From assembly GCA_950097015.1 (NCBI GenBank), contig CATNEN010000030.1:3224001-3288000 (forward strand): DNA of 64,000 nt, written 5' to 3'. The stretch comes from Macrostomum hystrix. Lineage: Eukaryota; Animalia; Platyhelminthes. Below, piece after piece: positions 47,701 through 59,885 of the stretch (position 1 is the stretch's first letter; every line of letters begins with the position of its first letter). Below the pieces are notes generated by a model. The model was not told where the DNA came from and made no database searches. It was given only the letters and a program-made list of their open reading frames with translations. The position numbers were made by a program, and so were the translations under genes.

Positions 47701-49797
47701 AAATGATAACTCACTTAAAGGACCAGAGCTTGAGGTAGCGGATAACTCGCTTGAAGGACCAGAGCATGAGGTAAATGATAACTCACTTAAAGGACCAGAG
47801 CTTGAGGTAGCGGATAACTCGCTTAAAGGACCAGAGCTTGAGGTAGCGGATAACTCGCTTGAAGGACCAGAGCATGAGGTAAATGATAACTCGCTTAAAG
47901 GACCAGAGCATGAGGTAGCGGATAACTCGCTTGAAGGACCAGAGCATGAGGTAGCGGATAACTCGCTTGAAGGACCAGAGCATGAGATAAATGATAACTC
48001 ACTTAAAGGACCAGAGCTTGAGGTAGCGGATAACTCGCTTGAAGGACCAGAGCATGAGGTAAATGATAACTCACTTAAAGGACCAGAGCTTGAGGTAGCG
48101 GATAACTCGCTTAAAGGACCAGAGCTTGAGGTAGCGGATAACTCGCTTGAAGGACCAGAGCTTGAGGTAGCGGATAACTCGCTTAAAGGACCAGAGCATG
48201 AGGTAGCGGATAACTCGCTTGAAGGACCAGAGCTTGAGGTAGCGGATAACTCGCTTGAAGGACCAGAGCATGAGGTAGCGGATAACTCGCTTGAAGGACC
48301 AGAGCTTGAGGTAGCGGATAACTCGCTTGAAGGACCAGAGCATGAGGTAGCGGATAACTCACTTGAAGGACCAGAGCATGAGGTAGCGGATAACTCGCTT
48401 GAAGGATCAGAGCATGAGGTAGCGGATAACTCACTTGAAGGACCAAAGATGAGGTAGCGGATAACTCGCTTGAAGGACTAGAGCCTAAGGTAGCGGATAA
48501 CTCACTTGAAGGACCAGAGCTTGAGGTAGCGGATAACTCGCTTGAAGGACCAGAGCATGAGGTAGCGGATAACTCACTTGAAGGACCAGAGCATGAGGTA
48601 GCGGATAACTCGCTTGAAGGACCAGAGCATGAGGTAAATGATAACTCACTTAAAGGACCAGAGCTTGAGGTAGCGGATAACTCGTTTGAAGGACCAGAGC
48701 TTGAGGTAGCGGATAACTCGTTTGAAGGACCAGAGCATGAGGTAGATGATAACTCACTTGAAGGACCAGAGCTTGAGGTAGCGGATAACTCACTTGAAGG
48801 ACCAGAGCTTGAGGTAGCGGATAACTCGTTTGAAGGACCAGAGCATGAGGTAGATGATAACTCACTTGAAGGACCAGAGCTTGAGGTAGCGGATAACTCG
48901 TTTGAAGGACCAGAGCTTGAGGTAGCGGATAACTCGCTTGAAGGACCAGAGCTTGAGGTAGCGGATAACTCGCTTAAAGGACCAGAGCATGAGGTAGCGG
49001 ATAACTCGCTTGAAGGACCAGAGCTTGAGGTAGCGGATAACTCGCTTGAAGGACCAGAGCATGAGGTAGCGGATAACTCGCTTGAAGGACCAGAGCTTGA
49101 GGTAGCGGATAACTCGCTTGAAGGACCAGAGCATGAGGTAGCGGATAACTCACTTGAAGGACCAGAGCATGAGGTAGCGGATAACTCGCTTGAAGGACCA
49201 GAGCATGAGGTAGCGGATAACTCACTTGAAGGACCAGAGATGAGGTAGCGGATAACTCGCTTGAAGGACTAGAGCCTGAGGTAGCGGATAACTCACTTGA
49301 AGGACCAGAGCTTGAGGTAGCGGATAACTCGCTTGAAGGACTAGAGCCTGAGGTAGCGGATAACTCACTTGAAGGACCAGAGCATGAGGTAGCGGATAAC
49401 TCACTTGAAGGACCAGAGCATGAGGTAGCGGATAACTCGCTTGAAGGACCAGAGCATGAGGTAGCGGATAACTCACTTGAAGGACCAGAGATGAGGTAGC
49501 GGATAACTCGCTTGAAGGACTAGAGCCTGAGGTAGCGGATAACTCGCTTGAAGGACCAGAGCATGAGGTAGCGGATAACTCGTTTGAAGGACCAGAGCAT
49601 GAGGTAGCGGATAACTCACTTGAAGGACCAGAGCTTGAGGTAGCGGATAACTCACTTGAAGGACCAGAGCATGAGGTAGCGGATAACTCACTTGAAGGAC
49701 CAGAGCATGAGGTAGCGGATAACTCACTTGAAGGACTAGAGCCTGAGGTAGCGAATAACTCGTTTGAAGGACCAGAGCATGAGGTAGCGGATAACTC
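44795..49797. repeat. 36-bp minisatellite (gaaggaccagagcttgaggtagcggataactcactt), 5 kb
   Basis: About 139 copies, occasional 35-bp units. Confidence 0.97.
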
Positions 49798-51119
49798 AAA
49801 AATATGTACTTGTCAATCGGAATTTCAGAAGCCAAGTTCAGAAATAATTGGGAAATCGTTTCTGGTCTAAATTTTTATTAGAAACTGCTGAAATGAAAAC
49901 TAAAGGATGCTGCAACCGTTTCCAGGTGATTTTACGACCTAATTACTAATACGAGAACTAATTACTAATTACTCGTACGGAAACAGAGGCTCAGTTACAC
50001 AAACGCCAAGGACTGAGTTAGAAAAGTAAAAGACAACCTTGGTGCTTTTTCTTAACAAGCAATTTTGGTAAAGTTGGAGAAAAGATTTACAGAATAAGCT
50101 TGATTGCCCGCAACAGCACACTGGACACTGGTGCGCTAAGATTTATGCGGGCAGAAGGCGATGCTGCGTCAAAGGCCACCCCGTGCCAAAGCTAAGAATC
50201 CTACTTGATATTTAAACTCTGCATTTTTAGCTGCAGTTTCAATTCGGTCATAAATATAGTTAGTTTTGCCTGTCCCCTTGTGTTACAAGATGCACGCGGA
50301 CACTGCAGCTACTGTGACGACCGAGCTAATCTAGTTTGTAAAACAAGGCTACAAAATTTGCTAAGCAGTCAGGAAACGCACACAGACACGCTTACAAGAC
50401 AACACCCAGGCTAGCCCCGCCCCTCCCTCCTCCTATCCGACTACAAATGATTTAGACGGCAGGGACAAATATGTAGGTGAGAAATTAGCAACAAATGCGG
50501 CGCCAGCATCATCAGCATCATCAACCTCATCAAAGCATCGTACCTTAGCCATGCCATCGCATTCCACCCATAGCTTTAAACACTTTCTCTCCTCGTACAT
50601 CGACTGTGTCAGCCCCGCGTCAACGACTTCTATTCTCTTCTACTTTGGTGAAGCAACGGCAGCAGCAGTCTCGCCTAGGGTTTTTTCGCTGTTGACCGGA
50701 ATGCCGCTGCAGACTATACCCTCCTGGCAGAACTGCATCCCAGTTTCTCTGTCACTTCGAAGGTTAGCCCAAGAAGCAAATTACCAAGGCGTCCTGTTAT
50801 TCAGAACTGAGAGAGATGGAGGGGACTAGTAGAAGGGAAAATTTAGTTTTCTTTGTCCGAAATATTCCTTTCTGTGTCATAGTTTTCGAAGCTGTTGAAA
50901 ACAATTTTCGCAAAGCATTGGGGGGTTGATACGGGACTAGCGTTACTGCACTTTGCCCACCGATTTCTTTAGTAGGGAAGGGTCCTCAACTCTAATTTTA
51001 CATCAATTGATATCCGAACGCTGAAATTCTGTAACTCCGTAAACCAATAAATTAGGATTAGAGACTTTAAGTTCATTTTCCCCTTCCACAACTTCAACAA
51101 ATAATTGGTGAATCCTTTT

Positions 51120-54020
51120 TTATCCCATTCCAGGCCTTCAGTGAGTGTCTTGAAGTTAGGTATCCCATTCCAGGCCTTCAGTGAGTGTCGTGAAGTTAGT
51201 TATCCCATTCCAGACCTTCAGTGAGTGTCGTGAAGTTAGTTATCCCATTCCAGACCTTCAGTGAGTGTCGTGAAGTAAGTTATCCCATTCCAGACCTTCA
51301 GTGAGTGTCGTGAAGTTAGTTATCCCATTCCAGACCTTCAGTGAGTGTCGTGAAGTTAGGTATCCCATTCCAGACCTTCAGTGAGTGTCGTGAAGTTAGT
51401 TATCCCATTCCAGACCTTCAGTGAGTGTCGTGAAGTTAGTTATCCCATTCCAGACCTTCAGTGAGTGTCGTGAAGTAAGTTATCCCATTCCAGACCTTCA
51501 GTGAGTGTCGTGAAGTTAGTTATCCCATTCCAGACCTTCAGTGAGTGTCGTGAAGTTAGTTATCCCATTCCAGACCTTCAGTGAGTGTCGTGAAGTAAGT
51601 TATCCCATTCCAGGCCTTCAGTGAGTGTCGTGAAGTAAGTTATCCCATTCCAGGCCTTCAGTGAGTGTCGTGAAGTAAGTTATCCCATTCCAGGCCTTCA
51701 GTGAGTGTCGTGAAGTAAGTTATCCCATTCCAGACCTTCAGTGAGTGTCGTGAAGTTAGGTATCCCATTCCAGACCTTCAGTGAGTGTCGTGAAGTAAGT
51801 TATCCCATTCCAGACCTTCAGTGAGTGTCGTGAAGTAAGTTATCCCATTCCAGGCCTTCAGTGAGTGTTATGAAGTTAGTTATCCCATTCCAGACCTTCA
51901 GTGAGTGTCGTGAAGTAAGTTATCCCATTCCAGGCCTTCAGTGAGTGTTATGAAGTTAGTTATCCCATTCCATACCTTCAGTGAGTGTCTTGAAGTAAGT
52001 TATCCCATTCCAGACCTTCAGTGAGTGTCTTGAAGTAAGTTATCCCATTCCAGGCCTTCAGTGAGTGTCTTGAAGTTAGTTATCCCATTCCAGACCTTCA
52101 CTGAGCGTCGTGAAGTAAGTTATTCCATTCCATACCTTCAGTGAGTGTCGTGAAGTTAGTTATCCCATTCCAGGCCTTCAGTGAGTGTCTTGAAGTAAGT
52201 TATCCCATTCCAGGCCTTCAGTGAGTGTCTTGAAGTAAGTTATCCCATTCCAGGCCTTCAGTGAGTGTCGTGAAGTTAGGTATCCCATTCCAGACCTTCA
52301 GTGAGTGTCGTGAAGTAAGTTATCCCATTCCAGGCCTTCAGTGAGTGTCTTGAAGTTAGGTATCCCATTCCAGACCTTCAGTGAGTGTCGTGAAGTTAGT
52401 TATCCCATTCCAGACCTTCAGTGAGTGTCTTGAAGTTAGGTATCCCATTCCAGACCTTCAGTGAGTGTCGTGAAGTTAGGTATCCCATTCCAGACCTTCA
52501 GTGAGTGTCGTGAAGTTAGTTATCCCATTCCAGACCTTCAGTGAGTGTCGTGAAGTAAGTTATCCCATTCCAGACCTTCAGTGAGTGTCGTGAAGTTAGT
52601 TATCCCATTCCAGACCTTCAGTGAGTGTCGTGAAGTTAGTTATCCCATTCCAGACCTTCAGTGAGTGTCTTGAAGTTAGTTATCCCATTCCAGGCCTTCA
52701 GTGAGTGTCGTGAAGTTAGGTATCCCATTCCAGACCTTCAGTGAGTGTCTTGAAGTTAGTTATCCCATTCCAGGCCTTCAGTGAGTGTCGTGAAGTTAGG
52801 TATCCCATTCCAGACCTTCAGTGAGTGTCGTGAAGTAAGTTATCCCATTCCAGACCTTCAGTGAGTGTCGTGAAGTTAGGTATCCCATTCCAGACCTTCA
52901 GTGAGTGTCGTGAAGTTAGTTATCCCATTCCAGACCTTCAGTGAGTGTCGTGAAGTTAGTTATCCCATTCCAGACCTTCAGTGAGTGTCTTGAAGTTAGT
53001 TATCCCATTCCAGGCCTTCAGTGAGTGTCGTGAAGTTAGGTATCCCATTCCAGACCTTCAGTGAGTGTCTTGAAGTTAGTTATCCCATTCCAGGCCTTCA
53101 GTGAGTGTCGTGAAGTTAGGTATCCCATTCCAGACCTTCAGTGAGTGTCGTGAAGTAAGTTATCCCATTCCAGACCTTCAGTGAGTGTCGTGAAGTTAGG
53201 TATCCCATTCCAGACCTTCAGTGAGTGTCGTGAAGTTAGTTATCCCATTCCATACCTTTAGTGAGTGTTGTGAATTTAGTTATCCCATTCCATACCTTCT
53301 GTGAGTGTTGTGAAGTTAGTTATCCCATTCCAGACCTTCACTGAGTGTCGTGAAGTTAGTTATCCCATTCCATACCTTCTGTGAGTGTCGTGAAGTTAGT
53401 TATCCCATTCCATACCTTCTGTGAGTGTTGTGAAGTTAGTTATCCCATTCCAGACCTTCAGTGAGTGTCGTGAAGTTAGTTATCCCATTCCATACCTTTA
53501 GTGAGTGTCGTGAAGTTAGTTATCCCATTCCATACCTTTAGTGAGTGTCGTGAATTTAGTTATCCCATTCCATACCTTCTGTGAGTGTTGTGAAGTTAGT
53601 TATCCCATTCCAGACCTTCACTGAGTGTCGTGAAGTTAGTTATCCCATTCCATACCTTCTGTGAGTGTCGTGAAGTTAGTTATCCCATTCCATACCTTCT
53701 GTGAGTGTCGTGAAGTTAGTTATCCCATTCCATACCTTCTGTGAGTGTTGTGAAGTTAGTTATCCCATTCCAGACCTTCAGTGAGTGTCGTGAAGTTAGT
53801 TATCCCATTCCATACCTTTAGTGAGTGTCGTGAAGTTAGTTATCCCATTCCATACCTTTAGTGAGTGTCGTGAAGTTAGTTATCCCATTCCATACCTTCT
53901 GTGAGTGTTGTGAAGTTAGTTATCCCATTCCAGACCTTCACTGAGTGTCGTGAAGTTAGTTATCCCATTCCAGACCTTCAGTGAGTGTCGTGAAGTTAGT
54001 TATCCCATTCCAGACCTTCA
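51120..54020. repeat. 40-bp minisatellite (ttatcccattccagaccttcagtgagtgtcgtgaagttag), 2.9 kb
   Basis: About 72 copies in an exact 40-bp register. Confidence 0.97.
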
Positions 54021-55582
54021 ATAATATTATACGTTATCACCTTTGCACCCCATTTGTCCACACCAATTCACAAAATGCAGACCTGTGTAAAACTTCTGTG
54101 ACGATATTTCGCCAGGTTAGGAGCATAATTAGATCCCCAGACAATTGGCACTTGATTGTTCAAAGGCCCCATCAAATGCCACTGACACGCATTACGGGGG
54201 CGGCAATCAAAAGTTTGATGATCCACAGAGGCTGTGGAGATAAGGACTGCAATACTGAGGCAGTGTGATGCCGATCATATTCATGTATACACATAGCAGC
54301 CGTTGCATCACCTCACCATCGTTTAGTGCTATCATTTAGAATCCTTGGCAACAGCATAGTTAGTACTGCCGATTCTCTTTGTAGACCCGGGTTAACAAAT
54401 CACTTTTGGCCCCAGCGGTCAGCGGTCAATTTTAGGTGAGGATTTTATGAAAGAGTTCAAAATTTTCTCCCAAATATTGGTGACGACTGGATGGTGACGA
54501 GGGTTGACACGCGGCAGGTCATTGAAGGGTGAAGGGTGCTGTGGGGAGGGGGCGCAACAAATGATGGTGAGAAAATAGTGTGGAGTTTCCGAGCAAATGA
54601 AGAGCTGGCGCTCGTGGGCCTTGCATACGGGACAGCCATTCCTAAAGCCATTTGTCCAGCCCTGGTCGCTTCCCATGAAAAATCATTAGTGATTTTCCCT
54701 GTCAGTTGGTCCAGATATCTCCGCCAAGGCTATTTGGATCTCTCTAAGCCGCCTTTATCTTGGCCTGTTGTGTGAAACTAGATGCGGAATGAAGACTGGA
54801 CAACAGCGGACCGGTCACTTCATTCGGCTTGTCTGCTGACGGCAAAGCGCGCACAACGCTTTGATGGGCAGAGAGTGGAAGACTGGATGGAGAGTTGCTT
54901 GACAGATCGTGGCATTGGCATGTTTTGGCATAGCAACACCCCCGCCTTTTTTTACAAAGCTCCCAATCTGTCCGCCCCGCAACAATGCTCTTATATAGTA
55001 AATCTTGCTGACATTGCACATCAAGAGATTGCCAGTTATAACACAAAATTCAAACGAAATCCCGGGGCTACAGAGAGACAGACATGTGTTACCGACACGT
55101 CAAAAATATTGTGAAGGGGCGGGGATCGCACCCCCCCTGCCGAGCTGTTGTGTTACTGACCTGCTGCGATTTAAAGAGGGATTCTGGTTCTTATCACTTT
55201 TACTAGTAACCTCTGCGTACATAGTTACGAGTTGAATTGCTGTCCTAGAGAAATACGGTGCCAAGTTGTGTAACAAAAATGCTTGCTTAGAAACAGGAGG
55301 GCGTGATTTAGAGCCAGATTTTCTAGGATTGAGTGTCGGCAGTGTCAGCCGCATGGGCTATTGCAGTAAAAGTAGACATGCTGCATGCCGTTAATGCGTT
55401 AGTGGCCAATGCTTTTTTAGAACTTTTATAATAAACTGCGTGCGGAACACTTTCGACTGGAGAAAAAACTGTTTATTTGATATCATCGATCAAGACAAAA
55501 TCTGGACATCCAATAAACACTTTAGGCTTCAAGCAATAGATGTTTAAAACACGCCCATTATAGCAACATATTCAAATGAAGT

Positions 55583-56000
55583 CGCCTCACTTCCGCCTCA
55601 CTTCCGCCTCAATTCCGCCTCACTTCCGCCTCACTTCCGCCTCAATTCCGCCTCACTTCCGCCTCACTTCCGCCTCAATTCCGCCTCACTTCCGCCTCAC
55701 TTGCGCCTCACTTCCACAAGTGAGTGATGGAGTACTAATATGGAATCGGATGGAGTGACAATATGGCATCTGATGGAGTGACAACACTTGCGCCTCACTT
55801 CCACCTCACTTCCGCCTCACTTCCGCCTCACTTCCGCCTCACTTCCGGCTCATTTGCGCCTCACTTCCGCCTCACTTCCGCCTCACTTCCGCCTCACTTC
55901 CGCCTCACTTCCGCCTCACTTCCGCCTCACTTCCGCCTCACTTCCGCCTCATTTCCGCGTCACTTCCGTCTCACTTCCGCCTCACTTCCGCCTCACTTCT
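55583..56000. repeat. 11-bp repeat (ccgcctcactt)n in two blocks separated by about 75 bp
   Basis: Blocks at about 55583-55712 and 55788-56000. Confidence 0.9.
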
Positions 56001-56049
56001 GGCAGTATGACCATGACTATGTCATCTGTGTCATTACTGCCTAATGTCG

Positions 56050-56165
56050 AACTTTCTACCAATTTTCGTGAAAGTCAACCAAAATTTTCGGCCCTTTACG
56101 ATGAACCAACTTTCAAAGCCGTCCAAGGTCGTCAGCATGGAAATACCCCGGCTGTCCTTCTACTG
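56050..56165. mobile_element. Third fragment of the same MITE family
   Basis: ttttcgtgaaagtcaacc...aactttcaaagccgtcc...gtccttctactg matches the 9375-9455 segment and the terminus. Confidence 0.55.
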
Positions 56166-57696
56166 TAAAAGTTGAAACTCAAGTTTATTATCCTGAGCAT
56201 CTAGAATGTTTCATCTATAAATCTATAGTTAAAAATACAGTAATTATGCCATCAAAGTTCAATGGTGACAAATGGAAAGTAATGTGAGCTTTTTCACGGG
56301 CTAATCTCGGATAATCACATTAAGCAGCATTAGAATGAATTTATACTAACTGTTTATCAACACGCATTTTAGCCTAATTTTACGGAGGCAAACTAGGAAT
56401 TTCCCTGTACCTGTCGCTCTCAGCGATCAGTGAATGCGATCGCGCACCTCCGGTCTCTGTGGTTGCTGGGACACAGCCACCTGCTGATGGCATTGCGGGG
56501 GGGGGGACAAACAGGAGCCCCCCAATGCATCGGTATGGCTAAAGGAATATTTGTTAGATTGATGAAAATCAGCAACTGGTCGGATAGGCTAATGACCCAT
56601 AGCTTGAAGCTGCGAAACCTGACATGCCAAATTTCATGCCGGTTTGTCTCCAAGCGCATTGTTGGAGATCTCAGGTCCGATCTTAGCCTTACAGTTGGGA
56701 AAAACCTGAGATAAATAAACAAATGTTTTGGGAGCGCGAGGTATCGAAAGTTTACAAAATAGTCTCGGAGCATTGGTAACAACTGATTTTGAATTTGACT
56801 TCTTAATATTGATATTTCGTTGAAAATGAATTGGCCGAAAATTATGAAACAGAAAACGAGATTTCTTTGGCTCTTGCCTGTGCTGCAGCAATAATTTAAT
56901 GGAGATTCCAACAGACCCTATTCGGAGAGGCAGGGCAGGTGAGACTCCGCTTGGAGAGTGGGATGAGAGGAGGGCAGGTAGGAACCGTCAGGAACATGAC
57001 GGGTCTTGTCAACACTCGTGTTCCAGCTGCGTAGTCAACATCTCAACGGTGCAGCAAGCGCTCGGATCTGGACTGACCATCGCGCCGTGGGCAAGGTGGA
57101 AAAATCCCACGCCAACAAGGCGCGCAGCTGTTTCAGATTTTCGAAATTGGCCAGCTTGTTGGCTTGCGCCTTTTCAACCTCTCTCTACGTTTAGGTTTTC
57201 TTCTTCTGCAGTGCGAAGAAGCCTCCTTATATTCCATCGATGATGAGGCCAGCTGATAAAAAATCAAATCTAAAAACAGTGTACCCTGGCGCCCATTGCC
57301 TTTAGAGGTCGCTGCATGGCCATGCATGGAGGGTTAGCGGCCGAGGCTGCTGATGAGGCTTCAAAGACTTGTCAGTCTGAATCGGCTGAAACCGCGGCCC
57401 ATTCGGAGTCGGAGGCTGTAACACCGAGGAGATAATGAAATAACAACAAAAGTTTCAGCGGAACCGCTGAAACACTTGTTCTGTCGCGGAAACATGCTGT
57501 TGAAGTGGAAGATTCAACAGATGCGCCTTCAATTTTGTAATAATAGTCATGGAGAAACTTGGCGCAGCAAAAGACAGCGGAGGTGCGTGTTCCGTTTCCG
57601 CAAATCTATAGATTTCAATTAGGCGATTTCAAGATGAAAAAGAAAGTAACTCGTAGGAAGTTTTTTCACACTTTAAATTCCAATTCTTGAAGTATA

Positions 57697-58518
57697 GCAT
57701 CTGATGGAGTGCCACTATGGCATCTGATGGAGTGCCACTATGGCATCTGATGGAGTGCCACTATGGCATCTGATGGAGTGCCACTATGGCATCTGATGGA
57801 GTGCCACTATGGCATCTGGAGTGCCACTATGGCATCTGATGGAGTGCCACTATGGCATCTGATGGAGTGCCACTATGGCATCTGGAGTGCCACTATGGCA
57901 TCTGATGGAGTGCCACTATGGCATCTGATGGAGTGCCACTATGGCATCTGGAGTGCCACTATGGCATCTGATGGAGTGCCACTATGGCATCTGATGGAGT
58001 GCCACTATGGCATCTGGAGTGCCACTATGGCATCTGATGGAGTGCCACTATGGCATCTGGAGTGCCACTATGGCATCTGATGGAGTGCCACTATGGCATC
58101 TGATGGAGTGACAATATGGCAGTGGATGGAGTGACAATATGGCAGTGGATGTAGTGCCAATATGGCAGTGGATGGAGTGACAATATGGCAGTGGATGTAG
58201 GGACAATATGGCAGTGGATGGAGTGACAATATGGCAGTGGATGGAGTGACAATATGGCAGTGGATGGAGTGACAATATAGCAGTGGATGGAGTGACAATA
58301 TGGCAGTGGATGGAGTGACAATATGGCAGTGGATGGAGTGACAATATGGCAGTGGATGGAGTGACAATATAGCAGTGGATGTAGTGACAATATGGCAGTG
58401 GATGGAGTGACAATATGGCAGTGGATGGAGTGACAATATGGCAGTGGATGGAGTGACAATATGGCAGTGGATGTAGGGACAATATGGCAGTGGATGGAGT
58501 GACACTATGGCATCTGAT
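57697..58518. repeat. 23-bp minisatellite in two subdomains (ggcatctgatggagtgccactat, then ggcagtggatggagtgacaatat)
   Basis: The unit type switches at about 58110; the left domain has 19-bp deletion units. Confidence 0.95.
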
Positions 58519-58579
58519 TGGAACTATAATTTGTCGTTGGATTGAGCCCAATATATAGAGATTCAACCTAAGCCCAATG

Positions 58580-58755
58580 GAGCAGCTGTACAGTCCGTGG
58601 ACTGGGGAGGCGACCCAAATTGTTAACACAGAATGTTGGTACCCAATTTACAGCTAGTTCAACTGAATTACCAGGGAATTGAGGGTCTTGCTCAAGGACA
58701 CAAATTTTCTCCCTTGGGCTAAGACTCGAACTCTCGACCTCTCTCAGTTGGAAGT
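58580..58755 (-). mobile_element. SINE family 1, diverged copy
   Basis: The reverse complement has gagttcgagtc (B box), tgtgtccttgagcaagac (CORE-like), ctgtaaattgggtacc and cagtccacggactg. Confidence 0.65.
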
Positions 58756-59369
58756 CTCTTACCTCTTGGCGACAATTAGCTTACCTTGAGCCAAATAAAA
58801 ATTCTCGTTTCTAGGTAACCATAAATAGTAACCAGTTATTTGAAAAGTCGGATAATCAGAGTAAAAACGCAGGAAGAATGAAACATGACGATTTCCCCCG
58901 AGGGTATAGATAACACCATGGGCGATGCAAATACGCTGCCTTTTCCTTTAATATTGTACCTCCGCAACAGTTGAACAAATTACTTATTCCAGCGACACGC
59001 CGCTTCGGTGTTGCTTCGAATCGTCAAATATTTTCATTGTTGGTTTGTACGGCACTGTATGCAGCATTCGCTAGTTCATTCACAGCTAGCATTCATAACT
59101 AATGAGTTTGTCGTTATTTGGGCTCCGACAGACACACACACACAGGCCATGAAGATTCAAGCCGTTTTAGTGGTCCTTATAACACCTGACAGCAGGAATG
59201 TCTGTTGATTAATGAAGTCAACAATTTGAATTGACTCGGGGTAACGTAATTTACACTGTCGTCTGCGTTTCTTTATCTCATGTTATCCGCGCAACATTTG
59301 CTGCACCTTTGAATGCAATCTGAAGCAGCAGTTCACGACTGTATTCGTGTCAGCGAGTGTAAGTAACAC

Positions 59370-59885
59370 TGAAGAAGCTTCAAAGACAGACTTGTATTAG
59401 GATGACAGCTTCAAATACAGACTTTTATTTGGGTGACAGCTTCAAAGACAGACTTGTATTAGGGTGACAGCTTCAAATACAGACTTTTATTTGGGTGACA
59501 GCTTCAAATACAGACTTTTATTTGGGTGACAGCTTCAAAGACAGACTCCTAACTGGGTGACAGCTTCAAATACAGACTTTTATTTGGGTGACAGCTTCAA
59601 AGACAGACTTTTATCAGGGCGACAGCTTCAAAGACAGACTCTTATCAGGGTGACAGCTTCAAAGACAGACTTTTATCAGGGCGACAGCTTCAAAGACAGA
59701 CTCTTATCAGGGTGACAGCTTCAAAGACAGACTTTTATCAGGGTGACAGCTTCAAAGACAGACTCTTATCAGGGTGACAGCTTCAAAGACAGACTTTTAT
59801 CAGGGTGACAGCTTTAAAGACAGACTTTTATCAGGGTGACAGCTTTAAAGACAGACTCTCAACAGGGTGACAGGGCGACAGCTTA
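59370..59885. repeat. 31-bp minisatellite (gacagcttcaaagacagacttttatcagggt)
   Basis: About 16 copies. Confidence 0.9.

Noticed and set aside
44795-49797. AGCGGATAAC resembles the lac operator half-site
   Set aside because: Only about 10 bp match, with no palindromic partner or vector sequence; coincidence.
44746-49835. (SYPLPQALVLQV)n ORFs up to 572 aa
   Set aside because: Translation of the 36-bp satellite, broken at random by taa variants and 35-bp units.
51120-54020. CRISPR-like regular 40-bp periodicity (also the 36-bp array)
   Set aside because: Units are head-to-tail with no unique spacers, no cas genes are present, and the context is eukaryotic.
53981-57500. Several 60-160-aa ORFs
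   Set aside because: No recognisable domains, weak codon bias and no consistent splice chain.
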